A stretch of DNA of 64,000 nt, taken from the NCBI GenBank assembly GCA_964593285.1, contig CAZQHZ010000003.1, positions 1 to 64,000 of the forward strand, read 5' to 3'. The first letter of the stretch is position 1, and the number at the start of each line of letters is the position of its first letter. Made by a program: the position numbers and the translations under genes. Under the pieces are notes generated by a model that was not told the origin of the DNA, did no database searches, and saw nothing but the letters and a program-made list of their open reading frames with translations. This document shows, in pieces, positions 62,834 through 64,000 of this stretch. The stretch comes from an uncultured Methanosarcinales archaeon. Lineage in GTDB: Archaea; Nanobdellota; Nanobdellia; Woesearchaeales; DSVV01.

Positions 62834-63118
62834 CTAAAAACCATATTTTTTATGTGCAGATTCAATAGATAATATTTCAACAACTCGCACAATTTTTTCT
62901 TTCTCATTAATTATATAAAAAGCAGTATAAGATCTTCCTATATGTAATCTATATCTATCTTTTCCACCAATTATAATTCGTTCTTTGTCACCTGTTCCTC
63001 TTCCTGGATATGGGAAATAAAGTTTTTCAAGATTCTTTTTACATATTGATTTACTTTTTGAATTTAAGGAATGTAAAAAATTTAAAACATCATCAGATAA
63101 TAATATTTTATAAGGCAT
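62834..63118 (-). CDS. RelE/ParE-family toxin
   Basis: Y.I…V..FL..L, PYPG, YRLHIG..Y…Y.I…V.V; abuts the upstream small gene. Confidence 0.8.
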   Translation of the reverse strand: MPYKILLSDDVLNFLHSLNSKSKSICKKNLEKLYFPYPGRGTGDKERIIIGGKDRYRLHIGRSYTAFYIINEKEKIVRVVEILSIESAHKKYGF

Positions 63119-63316
63119 TTAAATATCCTCAAGATTAGTCCAGTTCCCTTTTCCTTTTTGTGCGGCATTCATTTTTGCTGAAAGTTCTTTTCTATTATAA
63201 GATCTCATTAATTCAAAAAGAAGTTCATCATATGTTTGACCAGCTTCCTTCATTTTTCCAAGTGTTTTCCACATTTCTTCTGAAACCGGAATCCTTTTAT
63301 TCATAGTTTGTACCAT
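63119..63316 (-). CDS. Putative antitoxin (RHH-like)
   Basis: KRIPVSEE.W..L..MK…TYDELL..L; stop adjacent to toxin start. Start moved to MVQTM. Confidence 0.7.
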   Translation of the reverse strand: MVQTMNKRIPVSEEMWKTLGKMKEAGQTYDELLFELMRSYNRKELSAKMNAAQKGKGNWTNLEDI

Positions 63317-63609
63317 TTTACAATATTGTAAATATTGATAATATTTAAAATTTATCATTTTAAGTTATTCTTCTTTATTAATTTGTTAGTAATCTTTTTT
63401 AGATATTTTTTATAATTTTTATTTGTCGTAAATGTATATTTTAAAGTCAATTTTTTTTGTATATTAATATGTTTCAATTTATAAGATGTTAATCAATTCA
63501 AAAACATAATTTTTTATAAACAACCATATTTTGAAAATGTTATGTATTTTTATTTATCACAAATTTTAAATATTTATTTAGTTATACAATAAAATCGGAG
63601 GGGTTTTTA

Positions 63610-63948
63610 ATGATTTATCCAAAGCACGATGTTTCATATAAATATACGGTTGAGCCTGCAAAAATTACTTGTGTTTATAAAAATTCAAGTAAAGATAATT
63701 TAAATTATACAATGCATTTAAAATTGGATAATTTAAATGTTAGAGATAATACAAATTATATTTTAAATTTAAACCATGATGATTTATTAAAATTATCTAA
63801 AGAATATGGTTTGAAAGATATTTTAGAATTAAATAAACAAAGTGTAATGACTATATTTAATGATAAGGGACTTTCTGGAATTGTTTCTAATGAATATGCA
63901 AAAAAAGCTACTGCAAAACAATTATTGAGAGATTATCATAAAAGATAA
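63610..63948 (+). CDS. Hypothetical protein
   Basis: 112-aa ORF with GGAGGG SD. Confidence 0.65.
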   Translation: MIYPKHDVSYKYTVEPAKITCVYKNSSKDNLNYTMHLKLDNLNVRDNTNYILNLNHDDLLKLSKEYGLKDILELNKQSVMTIFNDKGLSGIVSNEYAKKATAKQLLRDYHKR

Positions 63949-64000
63949 TTATTTTTTTAATTTTTACAAGAAAGTTCAAGAAATAATTAATAGAGATAAA

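Noticed and set aside
1..64000. CRISPR array, rRNA, prophage structural genes
   Set aside because: No regularly spaced repeats, no extended G+C-rich rRNA-like region and no capsid or terminase-like ORFs seen.

Overview
Extremely AT-rich archaeal DNA, most consistent with a DPANN archaeon (Woesearchaeota-like). Supporting evidence: Cdc6/Orc1, RFC small subunit, PRC-barrel protein, BHB-intron tRNA, BRE/TATA promoters and many orphan surface proteins. There are four 100-N scaffold gaps, three of which have duplicated flanks. The window is dominated by cell-envelope genes. Two candidate undescribed systems stand out. (1) A co-oriented cluster at 23968-33452 encodes a prepilin-like protein, a large multi-TM protein with an intact lytic transglycosylase (SLT) domain and four paralogous lipoproteins; this could be an apparatus for breaching bacterial peptidoglycan in an organism that has none. 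(2) A putative filament locus at 2768-20403 has one domain shared by a small secreted subunit, a membrane-anchored paralog and the C-terminus of a 4231-aa adhesin, with a degenerate double tyrosine-recombinase gene embedded. A tRNA islet at 52431-53806 holds tRNA-Val(GAC) with U37, an IS66-like MITE with an 8-bp target duplication, an orphan PD-(D/E)xK nuclease, and a two-intron tRNA-Gln(TTG) whose first 3' splice junction has a perfect 19-bp inverted copy upstream. Product calls come from motif recognition only; no searches were run.
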